A stretch of DNA of 64,000 nucleotides from Macrostomum lignano (Eukaryota), in assembly GCA_002269645.1 (NCBI GenBank), contig NIVC01000719.1, positions 362,020 through 426,019 of the forward strand, given 5' to 3'. Positions 27,358 to 41,300 of this stretch are shown here, piece by piece. A program made the translations under genes and the position numbers. Below the pieces are notes generated by a model, which did no database searches, was not told where the DNA came from, and saw only the letters and a program-made list of their open reading frames with translations. The stretch's first letter is position 1. Each line of letters begins with the position of its first letter.

Positions 27358-28183
27358 CAAGTGAGGATAATAATTTAGTGTCCAGTGACAGGTGAGGATG
27401 ATTTAGTGTCCAGTGACAGGTGAGGATAATTTAGTGTCCAGTGACAGGTGACGATGATTTAGTGTCCAGTGACAGGTGAGGATGATTTAGTGTCCAGTGA
27501 CAGGTGAGGATAATTTAGTGTCCAGTGACAGGTGACGATGATTTAGTGTCCAGTGACAGGTGAGGATAATTTAGTGTCCAGTGACAGGTGAGGATGATTT
27601 AGTGTCCAGTGACAGGTGAGGATGATTTAGTGTTCAGTGACAGGTGAGGATAATTTAGTGTCCAGTGACAGGTGACGATGATTTAGTGTCCAGTGACAGG
27701 TGAGGATGATTTAGTGTCCAGTGACAGGTGAGGCTAATTTAGTGTCCAGTGACAGGTGAGGATGATTTAGTGTCCAGTGACAGGTGAGGATGATTTAGTG
27801 TCCAGTGACAGGTGACGATGATTTAGTGTCCAGTGACAGGTGAGGATGATTTAGTGTCCAGTGACAGGTGAGGATGATTTAGTGTCCAGTGACAGGTGAC
27901 GATGATTTAGTGTCCAGTGACAGGTGAGGATGATTTAGTGTCCAGTGACAGGTGAGGATGATTTAGTGTCCAGTGACAGGTGACGATGATTTAGTGTCCA
28001 GTGACAGGTGACGATGATTTAGTGTCCAGTGACAGGTGAGGATGATTTAGTGTCCAGTGACAGGTGAGGATGATTTAGTGTCCAGTGACAGGTGACGATG
28101 ATTTAGTGTCCAGTGACAGGTGAGGATGATTTAGTGTCCAGTGACAGGTGAGGATGATTTAGTGTCCAGTGACAGGTGAGGCT
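27358..28183. repeat. 28-bp minisatellite GACAGGTGAGGATGATTTAGTGTCCAGT
   Basis: Direct reading. Confidence 0.96.
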
Positions 28184-28517
28184 AATCGCAAAATCAATTT
28201 AAATAAGGAAAGTCAGTAAAAAAACTAAAAAAGAAATCTAAAATTTCACAATATTTTTTATTTCGCAAACAGGCTTTATTAAATTAGGGTTAAAAGTTCT
28301 TAAAACACTAATCACGAGTAGTGCTGCGTCTTGAATAGATGTATGCATATTTGTTATAGTTAATATCGGTATTTACGTCGCCCTCCTCCAGTGTGCAGAG
28401 CGCAACCTTATAGCTGAATAAATGATTATAGAAATATTAGATGATACGATTTAAAAAGGATTGGCCAATGTGCACAATGGTGTCCGAAAAAAATTCATTC
28501 GCCGGGGCGATGTGTCA

Positions 28518-30418
<1,901 letters not shown>

Positions 30419-30500
30419 GATTTGTTCAAACAAATTCGCTTATGTCGGTAGTAGGAATCGGAGTCTTGCCAGCTAACATCTGGCTGCTGTTGCTCTGCTG

Positions 30501-30508
30501 TATTTATA
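30501..30508 (-). promoter_or_regulatory. TATA box (TATAAATA) upstream of the Ly6-like gene
   Basis: Consensus TATAAATA on the minus strand, about 83 nt upstream of the ATG at 30418. Confidence 0.5.
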
Positions 30509-31177
30509 ATGTTTTTACAAAGCAATGGAATTTTTATTAGTATTCGGGTAGGATTTAAAAACTCATAAAATTACTGCAAAAAGTGCCGGAGCACCAAAGC
30601 AGAACCCAACAGAGAGTGACCCAAGTGCACGGGCACTTGAGCATAGTTGAGTCTACCAAGCATAATTCCAGACAGTCGAGGTTCAGCTTAGACAAAAAGC
30701 AATTTTGTTAATAATTCAGCTTTTTATTTCATCTGACTGATAGGCATCGCTAAGTTATCGGATCCTCAGTAGAAAGTAGTCAGCGCCGGCTGCCTGCCTG
30801 TCTGCCTGGGGCGGCGGCCGGGTTGAATCCAACAATTGAGGCGGATTATTTATTGCCGGGCTAGGTGAGGGCAGAGACGGTTTTATTGCCTTTGCCGTTA
30901 ATAATAGCGATTATATTCGGACTCTGCACGTCACTAGGTGGCCCAACAGTCTGCAGATGCTGTCTTTAATACTCCTATACACTTCTTCGAATTCCCTCAG
31001 CTGCAGTTGTTAAACAGTGCTTGCGCACCCCAAGTCTCAGCGCGATGGGAAATAAATCGACAGACTGCATTCGACTCAATTATAGAGATTTGCTACACCC
31101 GATCGATCGTTTTCGGTTTTCTGACCGCATGACTCTCGCGACAAGTCCAGGATTTAACTGGACACCCTGTGTGCCTG

Positions 31178-31179
31178 TG

Positions 31180-31217
<38 letters not shown>

Positions 31218-31246
31218 GACTAACTAACTAACTAACTAACTAACTG

Positions 31247-31305
<59 letters not shown>

Positions 31306-31375
31306 GACTAACTAACTAACTAACTAACTAACGGACTAACTAACTAACTGACTAACTAACTAACTAACTAACTAG

Positions 31376-31409
<34 letters not shown>

Positions 31410-31690
31410 GACTAACTAACTAACTAACTAACTAATTAACTGACTAACTAACTAACTAACTGACTAACTAACTAAATAACTGACTAACTTACTAACTAAC
31501 TAACTGACTAACTAACTAAATAACTGACTAACTAACTAAATAACTGACTAACTTACTAACTAACTAACCAACTAACTAACTAACTAATTAACTAACTAAC
31601 TAACTAAATAACTGACTAACTAAGTAAATAACTGACTAACTTACTTACTAACAAACAAACAAACAAACTGACTAACTGACTCATTAACTA
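31178..31690. repeat. (TAAC)n microsatellite
   Basis: Direct reading. Confidence 0.96.
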
Positions 31691-31934
31691 ATTAGCAAAC
31701 AAATCAAAACTGCTCAAAATCGTAATAAAAATTAAAGTATTTGAAAGGGATTTACCTTGGGCCGAGATTCTTCGATGCGTTTACTGTTGAGCTACTCTGC
31801 TAAGAGCAATCCTGGGAAACTCCAAGCTCTACTCAGTTTGTAGTTATCACAAGAATTCGCCTTCCATAACAGACAGACAACAGGCCGTTTAAACAAGATT
31901 GTTTGATACATTTATGTATCCGCATTTAAGAAAA

Positions 31935-31998
31935 TGTGGCGCAATGGATAACGCGTATGACTACCACGGATCAGAAGATTCCAGGTTCGAGTCCTGCC
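31935..31998 (+). pseudogene. tRNA-Arg(ACG)-derived pseudogene or tRNA-derived element
   Basis: TGTGGCGCAATGGATAACGCGTATGACTACCACGGATCAGAAGATTCCAGGTTCGAGTCCTGCC closely matches metazoan tRNA-Arg-ACG. It has a 3-nt insertion in the anticodon loop and lacks the normal acceptor stem. A T6 run follows. Confidence 0.8.
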
Positions 31999-32219
31999 TT
32001 TTTTCCCAACTTTTCTTCATAATAAATTTTTACACAGGAGATTTACGTGTAATCGTACTATTAGATTGTATACTTTAAAATGTTTAAAAATAATTTAATG
32101 CTCTTGTGTGTTGTTTAAATTAATGCTCCACATCGAACTGATCTTCAGCAACAAACATATACTAAGAAATCGCGCTTACTAACTCATTAATTAAAAGGGG
32201 AATATTTGAACAATTTCCA

Positions 32220-33790
32220 TCATTATCAGGTTGGTTACTGGCTTGATCATTATCAGGTGTGACTGGCTTGATCATTATCAGGTGTGACTGGCTTGATCAT
32301 TATCAGGTGTGACTGGCTTGATCATTATCAGGTGTGACTGGCTTGATCATTATCAGGTGTGACTGGCTTGATCATTATCAGGTGTGACTGGCTTGATCAT
32401 TATCAGGTGTGACTGGCTTGATCATTATCAGGTGTGACTGGCTTGATCATTATCAGGTGTGACTGGCTTGATCATTATCAGGTGTGACTGGCTTGATCAT
32501 TATCAGGTGTGACTGGCTTGATCATTATCAGGTGTGACTGGCTTGATCATTATCAATCAGGTGTGACTGGCTTGATTATTATCAGGTGTGACTGGCTTGA
32601 TCATTATCAGGTGTGACTGGCTTGATCATTATCAATCAGGTGTGACTGGCTTGATTATTATCAGGTGTGACTGGCTTGATCATTATCAGGTGTGACTGGC
32701 TTGATCATTATCAATCAGGTGTGACTGGCTTGATTATTATCAGGTGTGACTGGCTTGATCATTATCAGGTGTGACTGGCTTGATCATTATCAATCAGGTG
32801 TGACTGGCTTGATTATTATCAGGTGTGACTGGCTTGATCATTATCAGGTGTGACTGGCTTGATCATTATCAGGTGTGACTGGCTTGATTATTATCAGGTG
32901 TGACTGGCTTGATCATTATCAGGTGTTACTGGCTTGATCATTATCAGGTGTGACTGGCTTGATCATTATCAGGTGTGACTGGCTTGATCATTATCAGGTG
33001 TGACTGGCTTGATCATTATCAGGTGTGACTGGCTTGATCATTATCAGGTGTGACTGGCTTGATCATTATCAGGTGTGACTGGCTTGATCATTATCAGGTG
33101 TGACTGGCTTGATCATTATCAGGTGTGACTGGCTTGATCATTATCAGGTGTGACTGGCTTGATCATTATCAGGTGTGACTGGCTTGATCATTATCAGGTG
33201 TGACTGGCTTGATCATTATCAGGTGTGACTGGCTTGATCATTATCAGGTGTGACTGGCTTGATCATTATCAGGTGTGACTGGCTTGATCATTATCAGGTG
33301 TGACTGGCTTGATCATTATCAGGTGTGACTGGCTTGATCATTATCAGGTGTGACTGGCTTGATCATTATCAGGTGTGACTGGCTTGATCATTATCAGGTG
33401 TGACTGGCTTGATCATTATCAGGTGTGACTGGCTTGATCATTATCAGGTGTGACTGGCTTGATCATTATCAGGTGTGACTGGCTTGATCATTATCAGGTG
33501 TGACTGGCTTGATCATTATCAGGTGTGACTGGCTTGATCATTATCAGGTGTGACTGGCTTGATTATTATCAGGTGTGACTGGCTTGATCATTATCAGGTG
33601 TGACTGGCTTGATCATTATCAGGTGTGACTGGCTTGATCATTATCAGGTGTGACTGGCTTGATCATTATCAGGTGTGACTGGCTTGATCATTATCAGGTG
33701 TGACTGGCTTGATCATTATCAGGTGTGACTGGCTTGATCATTATCAGGTGTGACTGGCTTGATCATCATGTGACTCAGGTGTGACTGGCT
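32220..33790. repeat. Highly homogeneous 25-bp minisatellite TCATTATCAGGTGTGACTGGCTTGA
   Basis: Direct reading. Confidence 0.97.
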
Positions 33791-34524
33791 AGAGCATTAT
33801 AAATGAAAATGTCAATGTCCATGAGAATCTGTATTTGTGAAGTGAATGCAGGAAATATAAATTTGAACAAATGCTTGCTGAGGCACGCAGGCGCGGTGCC
33901 CGCTCAGCTGATACCAGGTTTATTTATAGATCAGACTCAACAGATGGACGAGGCCACAAAAATAGTATTTGAAAATTATAAGTTATAATATCCCATAAAA
34001 GTACTCACAGTAGTCAGGTGTTAAGCGTAATTAATTTGGTACAAGGCTGTTTATTATAAGCAAAGATGGATCACTAAAGTTCAAGATTAACAGAAAGTTA
34101 GTTGAAATTGAAAACGAAACATGAAATGCCTTCGATCAGTGGGTTAATTCAGAATTTTTATAATACTAAAATTATTATTATCATACAGAATTGACGAGAA
34201 TAACGTATATCCTTAAAAATACTACTCAATGACAGGGCAGGACAGTAGTAACGTTGCTTTCTTAGATTTCTCTTTATCACCTCCAAGATAGATTAAGACA
34301 CCAATAGTAAGCTGGCAGGGTGTTTGCGTGTCATCTAATTAGTAATATGTAAAAGGAAACAACATAATTTACCCCATTGACACTGCTGAAATTTAATAGG
34401 CATTCTTTAATTCTAGTATTTGCTAGGCCTAGGACACCCTGCAAGCTACTAATAAGTAGTATTAAAACAACGAGATCGCATAAAACAAGCAACACCAACA
34501 TTTTAGCTAAACAAAATCGAATAA

Positions 34525-35300
34525 AGAACCGCTCTCAAACCAGCTGGAACCCGCTCTCAAACAAGCTGGAACCCGCTCTCAAACAAGCTGGAACCCGCTC
34601 TCAAACCAGCTGGAACCCGCTCTCAAACCAGCTGGAACCCGCTCTCAAACAAGCTGGAACCCGCTCTCAAACAAGCTGGAACCCGCTCTCAAACCAGCTG
34701 GAACCCGCTCTCAAACCAGCTGGAACCCGCTCTCAAACCAGCTGGAACCCGCTCTCAAACAAGCTGGAACCCGCTCTCAAACAAGCTGGAACCCGCTCTC
34801 AAACCAGCTGGAACCCGCTCTCAAACAAGCTGGAACCCGCTCTCAAACCAGCTGGAACCCGCTCTCAAACAAGCTGGAACCCGCTCTCAAACAAGCTGGA
34901 ACCCGCTCTCAAACAAGCTGGAACCCGCTCTCAAACCAGCTGGAACCCGCTCTCAAACAAGCTGGAACCCGCTCTCAAACCAGCTGGAACCCGCTCTCAA
35001 ACAAGCTGGAACCCGCTCTCAAACCAGCTGGAACCCGCTCTCAAACAAGCTGGAACCCGCTCTCAAACCAGCTGGAACCCGCTCTCAAACAAGCTGGAAC
35101 CCGCTCTCAAACCAGCTGGAACCCGCTCTCAAACAAGCTGGAACCCGCTCTCAAACCAGCTGGAACCCGCTCTCAAACAAGCTGGAACCCGCTCTCAAAC
35201 CAGCTGGAACCCGCTCTCAAACAAGCTGGAACCCGCTCTCAAACCAGCTGGAACCCGCTCTCAAACAAGCTGGAACCCGCTCTCAAACCAGCTGGAACCC
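34525..35300. repeat. 22-bp minisatellite GCTGGAACCCGCTCTCAAAC(A/C)A
   Basis: Direct reading. Confidence 0.96.
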
Positions 35301-38300
35301 ACTATCAAACGTGGCATCGTCGGGATAGTCGCGCCTGATTGTCATCAATTTGGCATCCAGCAGGCGCTCATTGGCAGACGCGGTCAGTTCGGCATCGTCG
35401 TAGAGAACAACATCCGGTTGACGAACTTCATCATCGTATCGACGTTTGACGTCAAGCCAGAGTTGCTTCTGCTCCGGCGGCTGCTGCTTATCGTCATCAT
35501 GAGCAGCTCCGGTAGCGACGAGGCAGCTGATCACCTGAGCGGAGAGACTGCGGGTTGGCAGGTCATCCAGGTCGCGATCGGGATGCCGCACGAGGCCCTG
35601 GAGCCGGCAGCGGACAGCCAGACAGGGCTCGTCGAGGAACAAAGGCTGGCATAGATTGCACTCACTCCTGGCCAGGCTCATGTACTCGGCGTTGCCGTAG
35701 TCCACAAAGTACACTAACATCGTGTCTTCCTTAAACAGAAGCACCTCGGCGCGGTACCACACGCCGTCCTCGGAGAATTTCGCCACGCAGGCGCACGGAA
35801 TATCCACGCCCTGGTTGGGTGAGCGAGGGGAATGAGTGATGAAAATGAAAACGCGATTGAGTGAATGAGTGATGTGGATTGGCATTCGGTGTATTGTGGT
35901 GTGGATTTGGTGAATGATGGGCTTGAATTGGGTGAATGTAGTGGCTTGAATTGGGTGAATGTAGGGGCTTGAATTGGGTGAATGTAGTGGCTAAAATTGG
36001 GTGAATGTAGTGGCTTGAATTGGGTGAATGAGGGGCTTGAATTGGGTGAATATAGTGGCTTGAATTGGGTGAATGTAGTGGCTTGAATTGGGTGAATGAG
36101 GGGCTTGAATTGGGTGAATGTAGTGGCTTGAATTGGGTGAATGTAGTGGCTTGAATTGGGTGAATGTAGTGGCTTGAATTGGGTGAATGTAGTGGCTTGA
36201 ATTGGGTGAATGAGGGGCTTGAATTGGGTGAATATAGTGGCTTGAATTGGGTGAATATAGTGGCTTGAATTGGGTGAATGTAGTGGCTTGAATTGGGTGA
36301 ATGTAGTGGCTTGAATTGGGTGAATGTAGTGGCTTGAATTGGGTGAATGTAGTGGCTTGAATTGGGTGAATGAGGGGCTTGAATTGGGTGAATGTAGTGG
36401 CTTGAATTGGGTGAATGTAGTGGCTTGAATTGGGTGAATGTAGTGGCTTGAATTGGGTGAATGTAGTGGCTTGAATTGGGTGAATGTAGTGGCTTGAATT
36501 GGGTGAATGTAGTGGCTTGAATTGGGTGAATGAGGGGCTTGAATTGGGTGAATATAGTGGCTTGAATTAAGTGAATATAGTGGCTTGAATTGGGTGAATG
36601 TAGTGGCTTGAATTGGGTGAATGAGGGGCTTGAATTGGGTGAATGTAGTGGCTTGAATTGGGTGAATGTAGTGGCTTGAATTGGGTGAATGAGGGGCTTG
36701 AATTGGGTGAATATAGTGGCTTAAATTGGGTGAATGTAGTGGCTTGAATTGGGTGAATATAGTGGCTTGAATTGGGTGAATGTAGTGGCTTGAATTGGGT
36801 GAATGTGGTGTAGTGGTGGCTCGGATTGCGCATCCAAGTACATCACAACTCACTTCAGGCAGCGGTGGCTGCCTGGGGCCCTCAGTCTGCAGCCTGTGGT
36901 ACAGATCGCCGCACACAAGCCGCTGATAAGTCTGATTGATAAGTCGACGCCAGTCGCTCATTGGCCGATCGGCTGCGGAGTCCAGCGGCAGCAGCTGTAG
37001 AGACACTACGCAGGGCAGGTCCAAAATGTCCGTGGCCTCTACTGGGCAGGGCTCGCTGGTTGGCGGCAGGCCGATTGAAGCGTAGCGCGAAGGCTGCAGC
37101 GGCAATGGCACGAACGGTCGATCGGGATCCATGAGGTCGTACCTGACTCAGCGGGGGGGTTGGCAGTTTATTCTTAGCGACTGAAGTTTCTAAAAGCCCC
37201 AATTAATTAACAGTTCGATCAGGTAGAACTTTAGCATAGAGATTAGAAGCCAAAATGACCGAATGAACCGGATTTTTTTATAAATGACGCAGGTTGTAGA
37301 ATGCTGTGCGAAGGATTCAAACTGCAAAAGGCAGTCGTAAGTACCATGAAATGAACCAGAAGGCCATCTGAAAGACCAGAAGGGACACAAAACGGCCAGA
37401 AAGGACCCGGAAAAGGACCAGAAAGGATAGGGAAAATGACCAGAAAGGAGCCGGAAAGGGACCAGAAAGGATAGGGAAAAGGACCAGAAAGGAGCCGGAA
37501 AAGGACCAGAAAGGAGCCGGAAAGGGACCAGAAAGGATAGGGAAAAGGACCAGAAAGGAGCCGGAAAAGGACCAGAAAGGAGCCGGAAAAGGACCAGAAA
37601 GGATAGGGAAAATGACCAGAAAGGAGCCGGAAAGGGACCAGAAAGGATAGGGAAAAGGACCAGAAAGGAGCCGGAAAAGGACCAGAAAGGAGCCGGAAAG
37701 GGACCAGAAAGGATAGGGAAAAGGACCAGAAAGGAGCCGGAAAAGGACCAGAAAGGATAGGGAAAAGGACCAGAAAGGAGCCGGAAAAGGACCAGAAAGG
37801 ATAGGGAAAAGGACCAGAAAGGAGCCGGAAAAGGACCAGAAAGGATAGGGAAAAGGACCAGAAAGGAGCCGGAAAAGGACCAGAAAGGAGCCGGAAAGGG
37901 ACCAGAAAGGATAGGGAAAAGGACCAGAAAGGATAGGGAAAAGGACCAGAAAGGAGCCGGAAAAGGACCAGAAAGGAGCCGGAAAGGGACCAGAAAGGAT
38001 AGGGAAAAGGACCAGAAAGGAGCCGGAAAAGGACCAGAAAGGATAGGGAAAAGGACCAGAAAGGAGCCGGAAAAGGACCAGAAAGGATAGGGAAAAGGAC
38101 CAGAAAGGAGCCGGAAAAGGACCAGAAAGGAGCCGGAAAGGGACCAGAAAGGATAGGGAAAAGGACCAGAAAGGAGCCGGAAAAGGACCAGAAAGGATAG
38201 GGAAAAGGACCAGAAAGGAGCCGGAAAAGGACCAGAAAGGATAGGGAAAAGGACCAGAAAGGAGCCGGAAAAGGACCAGAAAGGAGCCGGAAAAGGACCA

Positions 38301-41300
38301 GAAAGGATAGGGAAAAGGACCAGAAAGGATAGGGAAAAGGACCAGAAAGGAGCCGGAAAAGGACCAGAAAGGATAGGGAAAAGGACCAGAAAGGAGCCGG
38401 AAAAGGACCAGAAAGGAGCCGGAAAGGGACCAGAAAGGATAGGGAAAAGGACCAGAAAGGATAGGGAAAAGGACCAGAAAGGAGCCGGAAAAGGACCAGA
38501 AAGGAGCCGGAAAGGGACCAGAAAGGATAGGGAAAAGGACCAGAAAGGAGCCGGAAAAGGACCAGAAAGGATAGGGAAAAGGACCAGAAAGGAGCCGGAA
38601 AAGGACCAGAAAGGATAGGGAAAAGGACCAGAAAGGAGCCGGAAAAGGACCAGAAAGGAGCCGGAAAAGGACCAGAAAGGATAGGGAAAAGGACCAGAAA
38701 GGATAGGGAAAAGGACCAGAAAGGAGCCGGAAAAGGACCAGAAAGGATAGGGAAAAGGACCAGAAAGGATAGGGAAAAGGACCAGAAAGGAGCCGGAAAA
38801 GGACCAGAAAGGAGCCGGAAAGGGACCAGAAAGGATAGGGAAAAGGACCAGAAAGGAGCCGGAAAAGGACCAGAAAGGATAGGGAAAAGGACCAGAAAGG
38901 AGCCGGAAAAGGACCAGAAAGGATAGGGAAAAGGACCAGAAAGGAGCCGGAAAAGGACCAGAAAGGAGCCGGAAAGGGACCAGAAAGGATAGGGAAAAGG
39001 ACCAGAAAGGATAGGGAAAGGGACACGAAAGGATAGGGGAAATGATTAGAAGACAGCCCAACGAACAGGAAAAAGGACTCAGAAATAAAAACGATTAAAT
39101 TACAAAGCCTGACCTGTAGGCCATTTTAAACAGTTTCTGGTCCCGATCAAGCCACGGCAGGCCATCAATAAGCTCCTGGCTAATCTCTCGATTGTCTGGC
39201 AGCAGAACAATGGACGCAAGCAGCAGCTCATTGGTGGCCGGACAGAATGCTTTGCGTACAATGTAAACGCGTAGTTTGGCACTGCTAGTCAGCAGGGCGC
39301 CGATGGTCTTCTGGTAGGGCCGCCAGTCGCGGAACGTGTGACTATCGAAGTGCTCGGGATCTGTGGGATACAAATCCCAAAGAGTGATTGGTAGAGCGAA
39401 TGGCGGAGTAGATTTGATGAGGCTAATCGACTCGGACAGGTCGCCACCGGTGAGGCCTTCGCAGTCGAACACGGGTCTCATGTTGCCAGTGGGCATCACC
39501 TTGGAGTAGCCCGTGTCAATATCTAGCAGGAAAAACAGGCCCTGCTCTCTGACGTAGTTAAGCACGCGACCGCGGCACCAGACTCCGTCAGACTCGAACA
39601 CCACCGACCTGCGGTTGCGAAAATTTAAACATTTCAGTTCGGCGCTTGAGGAATTGCCGCTGCGGCTGAGGAAATGTGTACACATTATCCAATCTGGGGT
39701 GGGTGCCGGTCTCAGGGAATGTACATTATCCGATCTGGGGTGGGTGCCGGTCTCAGGGAATGTACATTATCCGGTCTGGGGTGGGTGCAGTCTCAGGGAA
39801 TGTACATTATCCGATCTGGTGTGGGCGCCGGCCAGGAGGGAATGTACATTATCCGATCTGGGGTGGGCGCTGGTCAGGAGGGAATATACATTATCCGATC
39901 TGGGAGGGGGTGCCGGTCAGGAGTAATGTACATTATCCGATCTGGGAGGGGTTGCCAGTCAAGAGGGAATGTACATTATCCGATCTGGGGTGGGCGCTGG
40001 TCAGGAGGGAATGTACATTATACGATCTGGGGTGGGCGCTGGTCAGGAGGGAATGTACATTATACGATCTGGGGTGGGCGCTGGTCAGGAGGGAATGTAC
40101 ATTATCCGATCTGGGGTGGGCGCTGGTCAGGCAGGAATGTACATTTTCCGATCTGGGGTGGCGGGATCAAAGTAAAGAAAAGCTTACCGCCTCGCCCAAT
40201 CTTCAACTAGGACATCGAAATCGTACTGAGCATAGGACACTGCAGAATAGACAGTGTGCAGCGCATGGCGCAACTCCGTCAGAAGCGCCTCGCTGCGCTC
40301 GTCGGATCGCTGCATATAGATTACCATTCGCTCATCCGAGCAGTCCAGATGACTCAGCTTAGCTTGGATTGGCTCTCGCAGCGGTCCGACTTGAATATTT
40401 GGCCAACGGAATTGGTCGCCCAGAGGACGAACGGAAGGCAGATCTGACAAAGCATTCTTAGGCAAGGTTGAAGCGTTGTTAGCAACGGCGTTGTCCGCTT
40501 CCGCTTCCGGATCTGCTTCTGCTTCCACTTCCGGTTCTGCGTCTGCTTCTACTTCCGGTTCTGCGTCTGCTTCCGGTTCCGTTTCCTGTTCTGCTTCCAC
40601 TACCGGTTTGGGTTCTGCCTCCGCCTCCGCTTCCGGTTCTGCTTCTACTTCCGCTTCCGGTTTCGAATTAGCTGCTTCGGCTGTGACACTTACAAAGCTG
40701 GTGGACGTGGAGGCTGAGGAGTCTTCTGTGGCGGCGGCGGCGGCTGGAGGAGCTGCGGCAGCGGCAGACGGAGGCGACGGGTCGCCAATCACCCAGTCTC
40801 CGTCCTCATCAGATGGCTTCAAAAGGAATTCTTCGTTAAGTTCGAACTCATCGTCCGAATTTGGTTTGTCAGCAATGTTTGGCTGTTGTCGCTGCATCTG
40901 CTGCGGTGTCGCATCTTCTTTAGCAGCGCTGATGTCCTGGGATAGTTAGAGACAGTGAGATGAGAGTTGGTGACAGTGAGATGTGAGTTGGTCACAGTGA
41001 GATGTGAGTTGGTCACAGTGAGATGTGAGTTGGTCACAGTGAGATGAGAGTTGGTGACAGTGAGATGAGAGTTGGTGACAGTGAGATTAGATTTTGACAG
41101 TGAGATGAGAGTTGGTGACAGTGAGATTAGATTTTGACAGTGAGATGAGAGTTGGTGACAGTGAGATGTGAGTTGGTCACAGTGAGATGAGAGTTGGTGA
41201 CAGTGAGATAAGAGTTGGTGACAGTGAGATGAGAGCTGGTGAGAGCAGATTAACATCTGGATTTCATAACGAAAATGACTAAATCAAAAAGGCTTAAGTG

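Noticed and set aside
31150-31172. Tc1/mariner-like terminus AACTGGACACCCTG
   Set aside because: No matching opposite TIR found nearby; at most a remnant.
31935-31998. Functional tRNA-Arg gene
   Set aside because: 10-nt anticodon loop, anticodon-stem and T-stem mismatches, and no proper acceptor stem.
37190-39061. 570-620-aa hydrophobic ORFs
   Set aside because: Translation of a 22-bp intronic minisatellite between phase-matched qin exons.
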